DNA of 64,000 bases from the NCBI GenBank assembly GCA_963729715.1, contig CAVSPA010000006.1, positions 128,001-192,000 on the forward strand, read 5' to 3'. Below, piece by piece: positions 62,328 through 64,000 of the stretch. The position numbers were made by a program, and so were the translations under genes. The notes beneath the pieces are model-generated. The model was not told where the DNA came from. It saw nothing but the letters and a program-made list of their open reading frames with translations, and made no database searches. Each line of letters opens with the position of its first letter. The first letter of the stretch is position 1. The DNA comes from an uncultured delta proteobacterium. Lineage in GTDB: Bacteria; Desulfobacterota; Syntrophia; Syntrophales; UBA2185.

Positions 62328-63439
62328 ACTCTGAGAAATATATACTCGAGGCGAAAAATCTCCAAGTCAAAAGGGGCGGAGTATCTGTTCTGGACATCTC
62401 CTATCTCGGCGTCCCGGAGGGCAAAGTCCTTTGCCTAATCGGGCCGAACGGCGCAGGAAAGTCATCGTTGCTTTTGGCATTGTCGTGTCTCTTGAAATCG
62501 TCTCAGGGTGAGATTATCTTCAGAGGGAAAAGGATAGGATCAAATTATTCTGTATTCGATTATCGAAGGCATCTTGCCATGGTATTTCAGGAACCCCTTC
62601 TGTTTGATACGACGGTTTTTGAAAATGTGGCAGCGGGTTTGAAAATTCGCAGCGTGACGCAGGAGGAAGTGAAACGCGTCGTGGAGGAATACCTGGAACG
62701 TTTCGGCATTGGCCATCTTGCCAAGCGTTCCGCCCGGAAGCTCTCCGGCGGGGAAGCGCAGCGGACGAGCCTTGCGCGGGCCTTTGCCATAAGGCCTGAA
62801 ATCATTCTCCTTGACGAGCCTTTTTCGTCCCTCGACCCGCCGACCCGTGAATCCCTGATGGGAGACCTGGAGCTGATTCTTCGTGAGACAAGGACAACAG
62901 GTATAATGGCAACCCATGACCAGATGGAAGCCCTGAGGCTGTCGGATCAGATCGCTGTGATGAGTGAGGGAAGGATTATGCAGATAGGGCCTCCCGCGGA
63001 ACTCATGAACCATCCCGCGGATGAATTCGTTGCTTCTTTTGTCGGGACGGAGACGATTCTGACGGGGAAAGTTATAAGAAGGAATGCAGGAACCTTTTCA
63101 GTTTCCGTTGCAAGCAGGGAGATTGAAGCTGTGGGCGATGCAAGCCTCGGGGAGTCTGTAATTCTCTGCATCCGCCCGGAGAATGTTACTGTGTTGACGG
63201 GTGCCTCGAAGGAAATTACCAGCGCCCGAAATGTATTCTCGAGTGTGGTAAAGAGGATTATCCCCTCCGGCGCCTTCTATAAAGTAGAGCTTGATTGTGG
63301 TTTTCCCCTGATTACCTACGTGACAAATAATGCCCGCGAAGACCTGTCTATGCACGAGGGCATGGATCTTACGGCGTCCTTCAAGGCGACAGCCATTCAC
63401 GTCATAAGAAAAAAATTATTGCCAAGCTCAGGCGAGTGA
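62324..63439 (+). CDS. tupC: Tungstate ABC transporter ATPase with TOBE domain
   Basis: GPNGAGKS, LSGGE, LLDEP, TSARN...FKATA; ATGA overlap with tupB. Confidence 0.9.
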   Translation: MNSEKYILEAKNLQVKRGGVSVLDISYLGVPEGKVLCLIGPNGAGKSSLLLALSCLLKSSQGEIIFRGKRIGSNYSVFDYRRHLAMVFQEPLLFDTTVFENVAAGLKIRSVTQEEVKRVVEEYLERFGIGHLAKRSARKLSGGEAQRTSLARAFAIRPEIILLDEPFSSLDPPTRESLMGDLELILRETRTTGIMATHDQMEALRLSDQIAVMSEGRIMQIGPPAELMNHPADEFVASFVGTETILTGKVIRRNAGTFSVSVASREIEAVGDASLGESVILCIRPENVTVLTGASKEITSARNVFSSVVKRIIPSGAFYKVELDCGFPLITYVTNNAREDLSMHEGMDLTASFKATAIHVIRKKLLPSSGE

Positions 63440-63476
63440 TGCAGGACGTAAGCCGCATATGCGAAAGAAGGCTATC

Positions 63477-64000
63477 ATGGAATTCCGTGAACTCTTGAAG
63501 AATAGAAGGTCCATTCGTGATTATGAGGAGAAAGAGGTTTCACTGGTTACAGTCGCGGACATCATCAGAAGAGAATCATGTCTCGCCCCGAGTTCGGGCA
63601 ATGGTCAGTCCTGGCAGTTTGTCGTTATCAACCGGAAGGAGACCATGAAAAGGCTATCTGATGAGAGCAAGAAAACCCTCCTTTCTGATATTGCCCAAAA
63701 TCCCGACTCTCCCGCGAAGAAGTACGAAGATATTTTGCGAAACGAAGAATTTAACGTCTTCTACAATGCCCATGCCTGGTTTACATCATCGGTCCCCGTG
63801 ACTACCTGTCGCTCGATGTGAACTGCTCCCTCTTTGCCTGCTACTTCATACTCACTGCCGCAGCGCGTGGTTTGCGAACCTGCTGGATAGGTCTTGCAAC
63901 AAACGTGAGGAGTCCAGAACTCATGCGGGAAATAGGCATACCTAAGGGCTGCAGGATAGTGGCTCCCATCATCATCGGCTACCCAAAGAGCATACCGGAG
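63477..64000 (+). pseudogene. Nitroreductase, frameshifted near 63770, runs off the window
   Basis: RRSIRDY, APSSGN.Q.W; FYNA continues in another frame as PCLVYII...CWIG...IIIGYP. Confidence 0.75.

Overview
Gene-dense bacterial window. Gene content and motif styles suggest an anaerobic deltaproteobacterium (Desulfobacterota, Syntrophales-like); this is an inference. Layout: decayed integrative-element remnants (1-1 kb); citrate synthase, flavin reductase-rubredoxin, hydrolases and a very large M28 peptidase; an IS110 remnant, an intact IS256 and an 8-PAS hybrid kinase; RRM/cold-shock genes, a frameshifted two-component pair, mop, lipase, an unannotated bS22-like gene and emrAB; a decaying accessory block (25-34 kb); amtB-glnK-glnA; HD dNTPase plus nrdD-like gene; gmhA-grpE-dnaK; surE; an HcpR-like regulator with its Fe-S target; a porin, IS200 and a tungstate (tup) operon. 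Two main highlights. (1) A cluster of exported proteins in which two genes missed or truncated by the ORF track (HMA-like and rhodanese) read through an in-frame UGA in a CxU motif, each followed by a SECIS-like hairpin at the identical offset, next to MauE/DoxX and cNMP-rhodanese genes. (2) A full-length class III ribonucleotide reductase homolog whose glycyl-radical Gly is replaced by Gln (RITQY), downstream of an HD dNTPase that has tandem NrdR-like boxes. All calls come from reading the sequence; no searches were run.
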